Part shown: positions 19,480 through 29,868 of the stretch, piece by piece
How the letters are laid out: each line of letters begins with the position of its first letter
Position numbering within the stretch: the first letter of the stretch is position 1
Source of the DNA: Candidatus Daviesbacteria bacterium
GTDB taxonomy: Bacteria; Patescibacteriota; Microgenomatia; Daviesbacterales; UBA10151
DNA: 64,000 nucleotides
Direction of reading: 5' to 3'
Assembly (NCBI GenBank): GCA_016176405.1
Contig: JACOXG010000010.1
Location: forward strand, 33,078-97,077
The notes under the pieces: model-generated
The model's database searches: none
What the model was told of the DNA's origin: nothing
The model's input: only the letters and a program-made list of their open reading frames with translations
Translations under genes and position numbers: made by a program

Positions 19480-21399
19480 TTGAAAATATCAGAATATCTT
19501 CCAGAGTTACCTGGTCTAATGCAGCAAGAGCAAAGATTAACTTCTCTTGCTGATCAATTGTCTCTAATAAAAGCTGATTCAGATACATATCGTGCCCCGT
19601 CCCTTGGCCTCGATACAATTATAAATACCTGGCTTAGAAATCAGTTAGTATATCGCCAAAATATGATGACTGATTTAATGAGAATTTCTAAAACTATAGA
19701 AGAAATACGAGCGCCGATTCATCATATAACTGCCGAAGTATTTCGTAGGGGTATTTCATGGAAGCCAAAATTCGCTGTTAAGTGCCAGGAATGCCAGACA
19801 GAATATAATGATGTCATGAAAGAATGTCCTAAATGTCATTCTACAGACCTAATATCTCCAGATGAAGGACAGAAGAAAAAATTAGAAAGTTTTCTTATTG
19901 ACTGTAACATATTTGATAATAGTTTAGAAGAAGTTTTAAGACAGTTTAATTATGACTTAAATGCACTTGATGATGCATTCCTGTATCTCGTTAAAGAATA
20001 CATGGCTGCTGAAGACGGAAAAATTAGATCTAAAGTAATCGAAGTGAGGCGATTGGATCCAGCCTTTATGGAGTTTGATTTAGATCCACAAGGTCTTCCT
20101 AAGAATAAGTCATTTCTTTGTTATATTCATAGAGATATAAATGTAGCCACAACTCCTGGGGCTTGTATTGAATGTGGCAGAACATTAGTCCCAGCAATGT
20201 ATAAATACTATCACAGAAATAAGCCGATGTATTTGCTTGATACTGAAGTGATACATTCTTCAAAATTTGACCCGAGCGAAACTTACGGTTGGAGCCCCAT
20301 ATTAACTATTTTTGAAAAGGCAATGACTATTATCGGCATGGATCGTAATATGTATCGTTATTTCTTTGAGCGCAAAATGCCTGCAGGGATGATAATGGTG
20401 TTTACGGATAACCCAGAGAGTCTTATAAAAGAACGGGCAGAGTTAGCCTTAAAGACTAGACAAGACCCAAATTATATTCCAATGGTTGCTGTATCGTCTA
20501 AAGGAAATCGTGGAAGAGTGGACTTTGTAAAGTTATTTCATACATTACAAGAAATGGACTATATGCCTGTAAGAAATGAAATAAGAGAGAGAATAGCATC
20601 TATGTGGGGAGTTACCCCAGCTTGGCAAGGTGCCCCAGATGCATTTGGTGGTATTTCAAATCAGACACAACAATTAACAGTGATGTCTCGTGTAGTAGAA
20701 ACAGATCAGAGATTATTTCACGATAAAGTTTTTCCTAGAATTATGGATTCATTTGGAATAACTGATTGGGAGTTAGAGCTTCCCATACCAGAAGAGAAAG
20801 CAGAAGCTACCAGAATTTCATTTGCTCAGCAAAAAATTAGTGCAGCAAATATGCTTCTCCAAATGGGCTTTGATGTAAAGGCTAAATCTCAGGAAGTCGG
20901 ATTAATTGATATTGATTTTGTAGTATCTGGTGAAGCAAAGAAGATAGATTATAGTTCAATGATGGGTGGAGGACAAGGGGGACTAGGTGGAATGGGGGGA
21001 GAAGGACTGCCAGGAGGGATTCCTGGATTAGAATTACCTGAAGAAGAGCAACCAAGTCAAAACCAATCACAGCAATACCCTGAACAAGGTTTGAGACTAA
21101 TGGAAAAAGCACACGGATGGGCAGACCAGATATTAAAAGCTGGATATTTTCCGATGATAAAACAAGTAAATCCAGTTGGGCCTGTGATTTGGTTTACTCA
21201 AAATAATACTGATTATGTGGCTAAGTTTGATAATAATATTTTGAAGGATATAAGTAAGGCAATCTTTCCCCGACTTCATGCACATGACGGTCGTCCTCCT
21301 CATGATCCAAATATTCCCCATAATACAGTAGATAGAAAATTACAGAGTGACAGCAAGATTTTCGAAGCAGAAGAGCCAGACGAAGTTGATAATGAATAG
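19480..21399 (+). CDS. Portal protein with zinc-ribbon insertions
   Basis: EVIH...YGWSPI, YF..KMPAG, QEMDY..R..IASMWGV.P; position downstream of TerL. Confidence 0.85.
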   Translation: MKISEYLPELPGLMQQEQRLTSLADQLSLIKADSDTYRAPSLGLDTIINTWLRNQLVYRQNMMTDLMRISKTIEEIRAPIHHITAEVFRRGISWKPKFAVKCQECQTEYNDVMKECPKCHSTDLISPDEGQKKKLESFLIDCNIFDNSLEEVLRQFNYDLNALDDAFLYLVKEYMAAEDGKIRSKVIEVRRLDPAFMEFDLDPQGLPKNKSFLCYIHRDINVATTPGACIECGRTLVPAMYKYYHRNKPMYLLDTEVIHSSKFDPSETYGWSPILTIFEKAMTIIGMDRNMYRYFFERKMPAGMIMVFTDNPESLIKERAELALKTRQDPNYIPMVAVSSKGNRGRVDFVKLFHTLQEMDYMPVRNEIRERIASMWGVTPAWQGAPDAFGGISNQTQQLTVMSRVVETDQRLFHDKVFPRIMDSFGITDWELELPIPEEKAEATRISFAQQKISAANMLLQMGFDVKAKSQEVGLIDIDFVVSGEAKKIDYSSMMGGGQGGLGGMGGEGLPGGIPGLELPEEEQPSQNQSQQYPEQGLRLMEKAHGWADQILKAGYFPMIKQVNPVGPVIWFTQNNTDYVAKFDNNILKDISKAIFPRLHAHDGRPPHDPNIPHNTVDRKLQSDSKIFEAEEPDEVDNE

Positions 21400-22375
21400 T
21401 TGTGAATGTGGTTGTGGTATAGAGTGTAAGAAGAGATTTGTTCATAATCATCAGAAAAGGAATGTTCATTTATCTGTTGAACACAAAATAAAACTTAGGT
21501 TGGCTGGATTGGGAAGAAAACAGTCTAAAGAGACAATTGAGAAGAGAGTTGCTAAGATAAGAGGAATAGCATGTTCTGAAAATACTAAAAGCAAAATTAG
21601 CGAGACATTAAAGAAATATGAAATTACTAAGGTTCATCGGGATGCTCTTTCTAAGTCTAAATATGGGAGGGTATTGAGCGAAGAGCATAAAAATGCTATT
21701 AGATTAAATCGTCCAGATTTTTCAGGTAATAAACATCCGATGTATGGCAAGCATCACTCAGAATCTACTAGAATTAAAATGTCTTTGTCTCAAAAAGGAA
21801 AGAAACATTTATATGCATATAAGTTTTCAGAAAAAGATAAAGTTAAAATATCTATAGCTAGAAAAAGTAAGAAATTATCGGAGCATCATATTGAAGCACT
21901 GAAAAAGTCTTGGAATAACCCAGAAGTAGCAGCTAGAAGATTATTTAGTATTTTAAGAAGTAATTTTAATAGACCCAATAAATCAGAAACAAGGTTGTCT
22001 TTACTTTTATCAGATTTAAATACAGACTTTAAATATGTTGGCAACGGAAGTTTTATTATTGATCATAAAAATCCAGACTTTGTAAATAAAGAATCTAAGA
22101 AAATAATTGAGTTACAAGGTTGTTACTGGCATGGCTGCAAAATTTGTTTCCCAAATTCTAAGAAATCAAATAATTTTCCAGATCGTCAACAAATTTTTAA
22201 ACCTGCTGGATATGATTCAATAGAAATCTGGGAGCATGAATTGAAGAGTCCAGAAGTAGTAATTAGCAAAGTTAAGGATTTTAATAGTTTAGATGAAATT
22301 GAAAAGGCATGTAAAGAACAGGAAAGAATATCTTTAATGAGCATTGCTTTACATGACAGAAAAATTAAAGATTAA
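21392..22375 (+). CDS. Free-standing homing endonuclease (NUMOD3 repeats plus Vsr/DUF559-like nuclease)
   Basis: CECGCG, repeated H/S-EE-K-KIS units, PDF..IIELQGCYWHG..IWEHE. Confidence 0.8.
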   Translation: MNSCECGCGIECKKRFVHNHQKRNVHLSVEHKIKLRLAGLGRKQSKETIEKRVAKIRGIACSENTKSKISETLKKYEITKVHRDALSKSKYGRVLSEEHKNAIRLNRPDFSGNKHPMYGKHHSESTRIKMSLSQKGKKHLYAYKFSEKDKVKISIARKSKKLSEHHIEALKKSWNNPEVAARRLFSILRSNFNRPNKSETRLSLLLSDLNTDFKYVGNGSFIIDHKNPDFVNKESKKIIELQGCYWHGCKICFPNSKKSNNFPDRQQIFKPAGYDSIEIWEHELKSPEVVISKVKDFNSLDEIEKACKEQERISLMSIALHDRKIKD

Positions 22376-24392
22376 CTCGTCTGTGTTTGAGGTTGATCTA
22401 GCCTTTACTCCGTTTAAACAATTTGTCGGTCTCTCACAACACCAGGATTTAAAAGCTAATTCTGGTATGCTTTTTATTTATCCTAGTAGTAAGCAAAGAA
22501 TTTTTAATACGTTGCAAATGAAATTTCCTATTGATTTTGTCTGGATAATGCATGATGGAAGAATTTCTAGTATAACAGAAAACGTACCTCCAGAAAAACA
22601 GCAAGTGGAGTCTATTAGTCCAGCAAAATATATTTTAGAATTAAATGCTGGAGAAGTTAAAAAGAACAACATAAAAGTTGGAGATATGGTAGAGAACTTA
22701 CCCGATGATTCAGATATTGTACTTAGGAAAAGCAATGATTTCATTCATTTACAGGACTATAAATCAACTGGGAATTTAACCGAAGTAAAGACAGACCATC
22801 CATATCTTCGTAGGAAAAGGTCATATGGACTTAAGTTGCCGTCATTGTCTAAGGTTAATAGTTCATTAAGTCAAATATTCAAAGAATGGGTGGAAAAACA
22901 ACCTCGTCCAGGTCTAGTCCCAAAAAGTGGTAATTGGAAATATCCATATAGATGGATTAGACCAAGTAAGATTGAAGAAGTAAAAGATAGGTCAAATGAT
23001 AATTTTCAAAAAATAGACAGGTTTAGAAGTGCATTATCTAGAAGAAAGTCAATAGAATCTATGGACGATGAAGAGGCCATAGACAAGAATCTGGACACAT
23101 TTCATTTATTATTAGAAAACTTAGGGGCCTCGAAAAAAGAACTTGATGCTTCTGATGATTCATTACTTTCTTATTATTCATGGAAATTTGAGGAAAGATC
23201 ATTAGGGGCTGCCATGCTTAGATATGGTATTGCAGTTAGTTTAGGAAAGGATCCAATTGTAGAATTGAAGGACTATGGCATTTCTGATAGCATTATTAAA
23301 AAAATCGGGCAAGACAAAGATTATGTAAAGTTGACTACACAAATTCTACAAAAAATAACGTCATTATATATGAAAAATAAGTATGGTGATACAGTTCATT
23401 TATATAGAGGTATTCCAAAGGGAGAAAAAGTTAAGACTGTAAATGTATTATCCTACACGACAGACCCTACTGTAGCAGCTCGTTTTGCGGGGAAGGATGG
23501 GAGTATTATAGGGGAAGATATTTCAACTGATCAAATTTGGGCAGCAGATGAAATATTTTATCCAAGGGCAGAAAGTGAAGTTATTGTAGGTCTAAAAAAC
23601 AATTCAATAAATAAGCAATTAAACGGAACAGTGTATACATCAGAAGATGTATCAAGCTCAGTGGCTGATAAATGGGCCCCATTAAATCCGGATTGGAAGA
23701 ATTATGCGAAGAGAAAGACTTCCCCCAATAAGATTTTAGATGAATGGCTTGAAAAACAGAATGCAGACTTGGTCCCTAAAAAAGTCCCAATTCATTTGCA
23801 AACAGGTAAAGTTGTTTCGGGCATTAGGTGGGTTAAGCCAGAAAAATTTGAAGGAGAGACTCAGAAAGCTTTATCATTTGATGATGCTTCAGAGGCAAAT
23901 AAATGGAGAGACAAAATTAGAGGGTCTAAAATGGGGTCTGAAGAAAGAGCTACTTTACGAGATTATATAGGATTCGGAAATACGATGACAAATACATATT
24001 TACGACAAGGGTATAAAAAGAATCCATTACTTTTAAATAAAATCTCAGCCTTAGATTCTCTTATTCAAAAAACAACTATTCCTAATGATGTGATTGTTTA
24101 TAGAGGGACAGAGAATTTAGATTTATCCATTGGGGATATATTTATAGATAAAGGGTTTTTGTCTACTACATTAACATCTAATATGGCGCGTCTTTTTGTT
24201 ACAAATAAAGGTGCCTTATTTAAAATTCATGTAAAGGCAGGGACTCCCGTAACTTTAGGGCAAGACAAAGAGCTAGAATTGATTTTTGGTCGCGAATCAA
24301 AGTTTATAGTAAAAGATAAATATTCTCCTCCTCCGGACCCATATTTTCGAGGCAGATATACAATATATGAATTAGATATGGTGTCTTCTTAA
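22344..24392 (+). CDS. DUF192 domain plus two ADP-ribosyltransferase domains
   Basis: GMLF..MKFPID..ILELNAG (DUF192); ART1 LYRG/SYT/ESE; ART2 VYRG/FLSTT/ELE (VIP2-like). Confidence 0.8.
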   Translation: MLYMTEKLKINSSVFEVDLAFTPFKQFVGLSQHQDLKANSGMLFIYPSSKQRIFNTLQMKFPIDFVWIMHDGRISSITENVPPEKQQVESISPAKYILELNAGEVKKNNIKVGDMVENLPDDSDIVLRKSNDFIHLQDYKSTGNLTEVKTDHPYLRRKRSYGLKLPSLSKVNSSLSQIFKEWVEKQPRPGLVPKSGNWKYPYRWIRPSKIEEVKDRSNDNFQKIDRFRSALSRRKSIESMDDEEAIDKNLDTFHLLLENLGASKKELDASDDSLLSYYSWKFEERSLGAAMLRYGIAVSLGKDPIVELKDYGISDSIIKKIGQDKDYVKLTTQILQKITSLYMKNKYGDTVHLYRGIPKGEKVKTVNVLSYTTDPTVAARFAGKDGSIIGEDISTDQIWAADEIFYPRAESEVIVGLKNNSINKQLNGTVYTSEDVSSSVADKWAPLNPDWKNYAKRKTSPNKILDEWLEKQNADLVPKKVPIHLQTGKVVSGIRWVKPEKFEGETQKALSFDDASEANKWRDKIRGSKMGSEERATLRDYIGFGNTMTNTYLRQGYKKNPLLLNKISALDSLIQKTTIPNDVIVYRGTENLDLSIGDIFIDKGFLSTTLTSNMARLFVTNKGALFKIHVKAGTPVTLGQDKELELIFGRESKFIVKDKYSPPPDPYFRGRYTIYELDMVSS

Positions 24393-24393
24393 A

Positions 24394-25353
24394 ATGCAAG
24401 ATCGATACATTTGGAATAAGGGTGATATAGTTCTTTTGGATAAAGAATCTGAATTTGAAAAACAATTTAATATTCCATGTCCTGTAGGTTATCATGAACA
24501 TGCAAATATCCAAGGCTGCCATCCAATGTCTCAGCACCATAGGTTTGAGCATAGAGCCGTAGGGGCAGGCTCTGGAAAAGAGGCAGCAGAATATACATTC
24601 CAAAGACCAGAATCAGAAGAAGAGGAAGAGCAATTAACAGATATTACAATACCTGCAATAGCAAATGCACATGGTATTAGTTTAAGTGCATTGTGGGAAA
24701 ATCTTAAAAATCTATATGGGAAGAAATTAGAAGAGCAAAAATATCAAGAGCAGAAATATACACAAGAAGGAAAGCTGCTCACTTATTCTCCAATTCATCT
24801 AACCCCCAGTCAAATATACACAGCTCATTTTTTGGCAGAGAAAATAAAGAGACGCCAACTTTCAAGGCCAGGAAAAGTAGTATCGATAAAGCCAGCAGCC
24901 GTGGCTAAAGTAATGTTAAAGCAATTCCCATGGATCCAAAAATCTTTTGATTTAGAAATTAGAAAATCATTAGGGGATGACATTAAGCTATCTGTAAAAG
25001 CAATTATAGAGGACGAAGCAGGAAGATTGTTGATATTGAAAGATAGATATTCTGATTTTTGGGACCTTCCGGGTGGGCATGTAGCAGATGGAGAGTCATT
25101 ACATGATGCTCTTGTTAGAGAAGTAAAAGAGGAAACAAATTTAGATGTTATTGGTGCAGAAGAATTATTTACTAGAGAATTAACATTGGGGAAAGAGACA
25201 AAACCAGTTGTATTTTATAAAACCGGTGCGGAAGGAATAGTTCATTTATCTAAAGAGCATAATAATTTTAGGTGGATAAATCAAGAGCATTTTGACGAGT
25301 ATAATCTTGGAGTTTTCTCTGGCATAATTCATGAGTACTTTACTACAAAATAA
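24394..25353 (+). CDS. Protein with C-terminal Nudix hydrolase domain
   Basis: LPGGHVADGESLHDALVREVKEETNL Nudix box. Confidence 0.88.
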   Translation: MQDRYIWNKGDIVLLDKESEFEKQFNIPCPVGYHEHANIQGCHPMSQHHRFEHRAVGAGSGKEAAEYTFQRPESEEEEEQLTDITIPAIANAHGISLSALWENLKNLYGKKLEEQKYQEQKYTQEGKLLTYSPIHLTPSQIYTAHFLAEKIKRRQLSRPGKVVSIKPAAVAKVMLKQFPWIQKSFDLEIRKSLGDDIKLSVKAIIEDEAGRLLILKDRYSDFWDLPGGHVADGESLHDALVREVKEETNLDVIGAEELFTRELTLGKETKPVVFYKTGAEGIVHLSKEHNNFRWINQEHFDEYNLGVFSGIIHEYFTTK

Positions 25354-26218
25354 GCTAGCCGATTGGCTTGAAAAACAAGCTATTGATAGATCTAGACTTG
25401 TGCCAAAAAAAGTTCCTATCCATTTACAAACAGGTAGGACGATAGAAGGAATAAGATGGATCAACCCTGATGCTGAAAGTACTAATGAATTAACTGATTT
25501 GGCTAGTAAGGCTAATACTTTAAAATATGACAAGGGAGATCGTGATGCAGAAGATACGATTATGGATTGGGCGGAGAAAAATAACGTTAATCCAGAAAAA
25601 ATGATTCAAGCTTGGACTTTGATAACTTCAACTTGGGGAAAGGGGGACCCAAAGGCTACACAAGGAGGCAAAGAATACGTAGCAATTCGTTCAGCGGCTT
25701 ATTCACTATTAAATATAGATGGGTATCAAGATGAAAAGAAATATTTTGTTGAGACAAGAAAAGTACAAGAAAAAATATTTAATAAAGAGTGGGAATTAGG
25801 TAAATCTATAGCTAAATATTTTATTCCATTATATATAATATCCCAAAAAGCTCTTAATAAATCTATGGCCCCAGATAAGACAATTACAGTATATAGAGGT
25901 GTTGGGGGAAAATTTGCTGTAGATATCATTAATTCAATAGAAAGGGGAGAAAAAGAATTTGAAATTCCAAATAGCGGGATTTCTAGCTGGGCTTTAAATA
26001 GAGAGACAGCCTCTATGTATGCTTCATCTTCTGGATTTCCACAAGAGAAAGCACGAAACGGAGTAGTTTTATCAAAAAAAATTTTGGTAAAAGATATTTT
26101 TTTGTACCCAGAAGGTATTTATAAGCATTCTTCTTCTGAACCAGATGAAGTCTTAGTCTTTGGGGCTGCTGTCAATAAATTTTCTAAGGATGAAATTAGC
26201 CAGGAATTAACATGGTAA
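25331..26218 (+). CDS. Putative ADP-ribosyltransferase with N-terminal LEKQ..LVPKKVP motif
   Basis: VYRG, ISSWA, EPDEV (R-S-E triad). Confidence 0.7.
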   Translation: MSTLLQNKLADWLEKQAIDRSRLVPKKVPIHLQTGRTIEGIRWINPDAESTNELTDLASKANTLKYDKGDRDAEDTIMDWAEKNNVNPEKMIQAWTLITSTWGKGDPKATQGGKEYVAIRSAAYSLLNIDGYQDEKKYFVETRKVQEKIFNKEWELGKSIAKYFIPLYIISQKALNKSMAPDKTITVYRGVGGKFAVDIINSIERGEKEFEIPNSGISSWALNRETASMYASSSGFPQEKARNGVVLSKKILVKDIFLYPEGIYKHSSSEPDEVLVFGAAVNKFSKDEISQELTW

Positions 26219-29200
26219 TTTTTTCTAATATTGATTTTGACTTAGAAAATAGTTTTTGGATTAATCAAAAAAAGTTCAATTTAATTAAAAAAATATCTAT
26301 TTGCAAAGAATGCAACAGTGACTGTGATTGTATAAAAGGACAATCATGTGAGTGCAAACATAACTGCATGTGCCCCAATATTTTAGTAGAAGATAGTCTA
26401 GATGATGATTTTATATTAGACAAAACCTTTTTTCAAAATGAATTTCTAGAAAAAGCTGTAATTTCGACTCCTACTGATAAAGAAGGGAAGTTTGATGCTA
26501 CTAAAGTCCCAATAGGCGCGAGTGTTTGGATAACTATTGGGAATCCTGAGTCTCCTTTACATGGTCGTCATGTCATGATAACAAAAAGACCTGATGGTCT
26601 TATGGCAATTACGGGTGGGGCGGGTGTTGACAAAGAAACAGCTGCACGCAGACATCTTATTTTAACTGGAACTCCTAGAAAAACAAAGAGAGATGATGAA
26701 TTAGAAGAAATAGTTGATGAGGCAAAGAAATATAATGAGCCCCTATTAGTAGAGAGAAAGCAGTTACAGAGAGAAGCAATAGAAGAAATCAAAGTTGCTG
26801 CTGATGATATGAAAAAAGCATTTGGGCTTTCAGATATGAATAAGAAAACAATGCTAGAAAAGAAAGATGAAATACAAAATTATGTTGAATCAATCCTTGG
26901 GGAGGATGAAAAGGGACAAGCAAAACGTCTTACAGACACAGTGGCAAGGCATCTAGTATTAGCAGAACGCAAAATTTCAGAGCATATACAAAGAGACAGA
27001 GAAGTAATATTTGCTAAAATAGGAAAGAGAATTACTAGATTTTCAGAAGAAGAATTACCAAAGGCGCTGGAAGAAGTAAATGATTCTATTCAAAACTATT
27101 CTTCTTCTGTTATAAATTTGCCTGATTTAAGTGATTTAAAAGGTCTTTCTTCCCTACAGCAAGAGTTAGTCATTGCTAATTACTTTGATAAACAGGCAAA
27201 TGATTTCTTTAGCGCAGAAAAAATAGACCATATTGAAAAGAAAGATGTCCCACAGATTACTTTGGGAGAAACGGTAAAGCCGTTAGAGATTAGATCTTCC
27301 GAAGAATTACATAATGCTATAGATAAAGTAAAGCATTATTGGGAGACAAGATCAAAGGCAGAAGAAATAACATCTAGCCTAAAAAGAATTCCGTTAAAGC
27401 CGTCAAGTAGCAGCACTATTGCTGAACTACGAAATGACTTAAAAGGCATGAATATAGAAATGGATTTCGATGAAATAGTAGATAAGGCTGAACAGAATTT
27501 AGTTAGATGGCAAACTAATAATTCAGCCTTAGCTTTTTATGATGCAGTGGGAGACTATTGGAATGATGATACAAGCCTGTCAGAGCAATTAACAAATAAA
27601 GATAAATTTGATTCTACAATGCAGTTCCATATAAGCTCTGGGGCTGCTACAGCATTAGCTTCATTGTCAAAAGAATATCTTGGGACAAGACTTGATACAT
27701 TGCGATTAATAAATACCGCTAATTTGGAGTCAGCTGTTGCAATTACTGCGCTTGAAATCAGGCAGAAGTTCGCTAAAGATCCAAAAGCATATGATGAAGC
27801 ACTAGTAAAAATAAAAGACTTTAATGCTAAGAATCAGATAGACACTGAGAAAATTGCTCTAGATAGACATGCTACGTTAAAAACACAGTATGATGAGATT
27901 CAAAAACAAAAGTCTACTGGAGAGCTATTAGATAAGATTAGAATTTCAAACTTAGAGTTGGAGAATATAGTAGAGCAAAAGAGAAATCTAGGCTCTGCAT
28001 TAGGTTCATTGCAAGCATCAGCAACATTCTATGATTATTTAACTAAATTCAAGACAGCTAAAGATGATATTGTTCAGATAAATGTTGGTAATAATATAAA
28101 TGATGCCAATGATATGGTAGATAGGCTAAGACTTCGCAAAGGTTATGAAGTGGATACATCTGATCCAGACAACATTAGAATAAAGGCTGGTTTGTCTTCA
28201 TTTGAAAAGTTCGTTAATGAAGAGAAGGATATAAAGTCCAAGGCTGACCAATATGATAAGCTAAAGACAAGCATGGATGGAATTATAGAAGATGAAGATG
28301 GGAGGTTAGTAGCAGATAAATATGATGTTCCTGGGTGGAAAAATGAATACATAGATGAACAAGGCAATACCCAGCAATATAAATGGAGAGTAGAGCAAAG
28401 GAATGATATAAATTGGCTCCTTGATGCTACTAGAAGCACTCAGGAAAATCCTTTAGGGGAGGGTGGGGGATTAGTCACACGAGTAGTAGGCGCAGGAAAG
28501 ACAAATACTGCATTGGGGTTCTTTGCCAACAAGATAAATGATAATAAAGACTATAAAGGATTAGTAGTAGTTCCAAAAGGTAGAGCGCAACAATGGGTAG
28601 ACGAGGCAAAGAAGTTTACTGACTTGAATATTGAGTTAATTCCAGATGGTACAGCTAAAGACAGGGTAGATGAAATATTGTCTAAAAGTAAGCCAGGAAC
28701 TATATATGTCACAGGACATAGAGAAGCAGCCCGTTCTCATTTAACATTAGAAGCTTTACAAACCAGCAAAGAATTTTCGGATAAGAAATTCCATGGATTA
28801 GTAATTGATGAGCCACAAGAATTGCAAGCAAGGGGTCAAAGTGGAAATATAGGAGAACTTGGCAAAAGACTAATGCATCTACCAATGCAGCATAGAGTAG
28901 GTTTAACAGCAACTCCAGCTAGAAGAAATCCACTTGAGGTATATGATTTAATAAAGTGGACAAGCGGGGCAAAAGATATAGGAGATAAAGCATCATTCAA
29001 GAGAGTATTCTCAGGATTTGGTAGTGGGACAAATGCCCAAGATACTGCTATTAGAAAATTATATTTCAATACAATTCAGCCATATATTAGTGGTGATAGG
29101 ATAACAACCCCTAATTTTAAGGTAAAACAAGAATCCATAAATTTTAATCGTACTTCCACTCAAATTGCTAAACAAAAAGAAATAGAGTCTCAAAGTGCCG

Positions 29201-29868
29201 CATATATAGAAAGGCGAAAGAACGAAATTGTAAGAGAAGTGCAAGCAAATCCAGCACACCCTCTTAGGAGACTAATAAATTGGCAATTTTCAGCCCCTAG
29301 AAAAGCCGTAGAAATGGCAAGAACTGAAGTAGAGAACATGCATAGGGATAATATGGATGATGGGGATTATAGGAATAATTCAAAGCTTATGAAGTTCAAG
29401 GAAAGCTTTGAGAAAGACCCAAAGAAGAAGCGTGTTCTTTTTATAGATTCTAGAACACAGCGTGTATCTTTGATGGAGATGTTTAAGGATATTGGGTTAA
29501 AGCCTAACCAAATCAAAAATATTGCTGCTACAACGACAGCAATTACGGGTGAAGAAATGGCAAATAGAGTAAAAGATTTTAAAACAAACAAAGATATTCC
29601 AATTATCTTGATTGATACTAAAAGTTCTAGCGGGTATAATTTGCAAGCAGGGGACGTTCTTGATGTGCTTGGGACCCCCCAGGATGCGAGCGTGTATCTC
29701 CAAGCTCAGGGGAGACTGGCTAGAATGCCTAGAAAGGGAGATGTAGAAATAGCTACATATAAGTATAATGATAATCCTATCGAGCAAGCTAAATGGAATC
29801 AACTTGAAGCCCAACTAAAAATTTTAAGAGCAAGCTCTCCAGGATTATTCCCAACACAAAATGAATAA
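26212..29868 (+). CDS. Large SNF2/SF2 helicase-like protein (1218 aa)
   Basis: GAGKT, VIDEPQ, LTATP, SSGYNLQ, QAQGRLAR in the C-terminal ~470 aa. Confidence 0.82.
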   Translation: MVIFSNIDFDLENSFWINQKKFNLIKKISICKECNSDCDCIKGQSCECKHNCMCPNILVEDSLDDDFILDKTFFQNEFLEKAVISTPTDKEGKFDATKVPIGASVWITIGNPESPLHGRHVMITKRPDGLMAITGGAGVDKETAARRHLILTGTPRKTKRDDELEEIVDEAKKYNEPLLVERKQLQREAIEEIKVAADDMKKAFGLSDMNKKTMLEKKDEIQNYVESILGEDEKGQAKRLTDTVARHLVLAERKISEHIQRDREVIFAKIGKRITRFSEEELPKALEEVNDSIQNYSSSVINLPDLSDLKGLSSLQQELVIANYFDKQANDFFSAEKIDHIEKKDVPQITLGETVKPLEIRSSEELHNAIDKVKHYWETRSKAEEITSSLKRIPLKPSSSSTIAELRNDLKGMNIEMDFDEIVDKAEQNLVRWQTNNSALAFYDAVGDYWNDDTSLSEQLTNKDKFDSTMQFHISSGAATALASLSKEYLGTRLDTLRLINTANLESAVAITALEIRQKFAKDPKAYDEALVKIKDFNAKNQIDTEKIALDRHATLKTQYDEIQKQKSTGELLDKIRISNLELENIVEQKRNLGSALGSLQASATFYDYLTKFKTAKDDIVQINVGNNINDANDMVDRLRLRKGYEVDTSDPDNIRIKAGLSSFEKFVNEEKDIKSKADQYDKLKTSMDGIIEDEDGRLVADKYDVPGWKNEYIDEQGNTQQYKWRVEQRNDINWLLDATRSTQENPLGEGGGLVTRVVGAGKTNTALGFFANKINDNKDYKGLVVVPKGRAQQWVDEAKKFTDLNIELIPDGTAKDRVDEILSKSKPGTIYVTGHREAARSHLTLEALQTSKEFSDKKFHGLVIDEPQELQARGQSGNIGELGKRLMHLPMQHRVGLTATPARRNPLEVYDLIKWTSGAKDIGDKASFKRVFSGFGSGTNAQDTAIRKLYFNTIQPYISGDRITTPNFKVKQESINFNRTSTQIAKQKEIESQSAAYIERRKNEIVREVQANPAHPLRRLINWQFSAPRKAVEMARTEVENMHRDNMDDGDYRNNSKLMKFKESFEKDPKKKRVLFIDSRTQRVSLMEMFKDIGLKPNQIKNIAATTTAITGEEMANRVKDFKTNKDIPIILIDTKSSSGYNLQAGDVLDVLGTPQDASVYLQAQGRLARMPRKGDVEIATYKYNDNPIEQAKWNQLEAQLKILRASSPGLFPTQNE

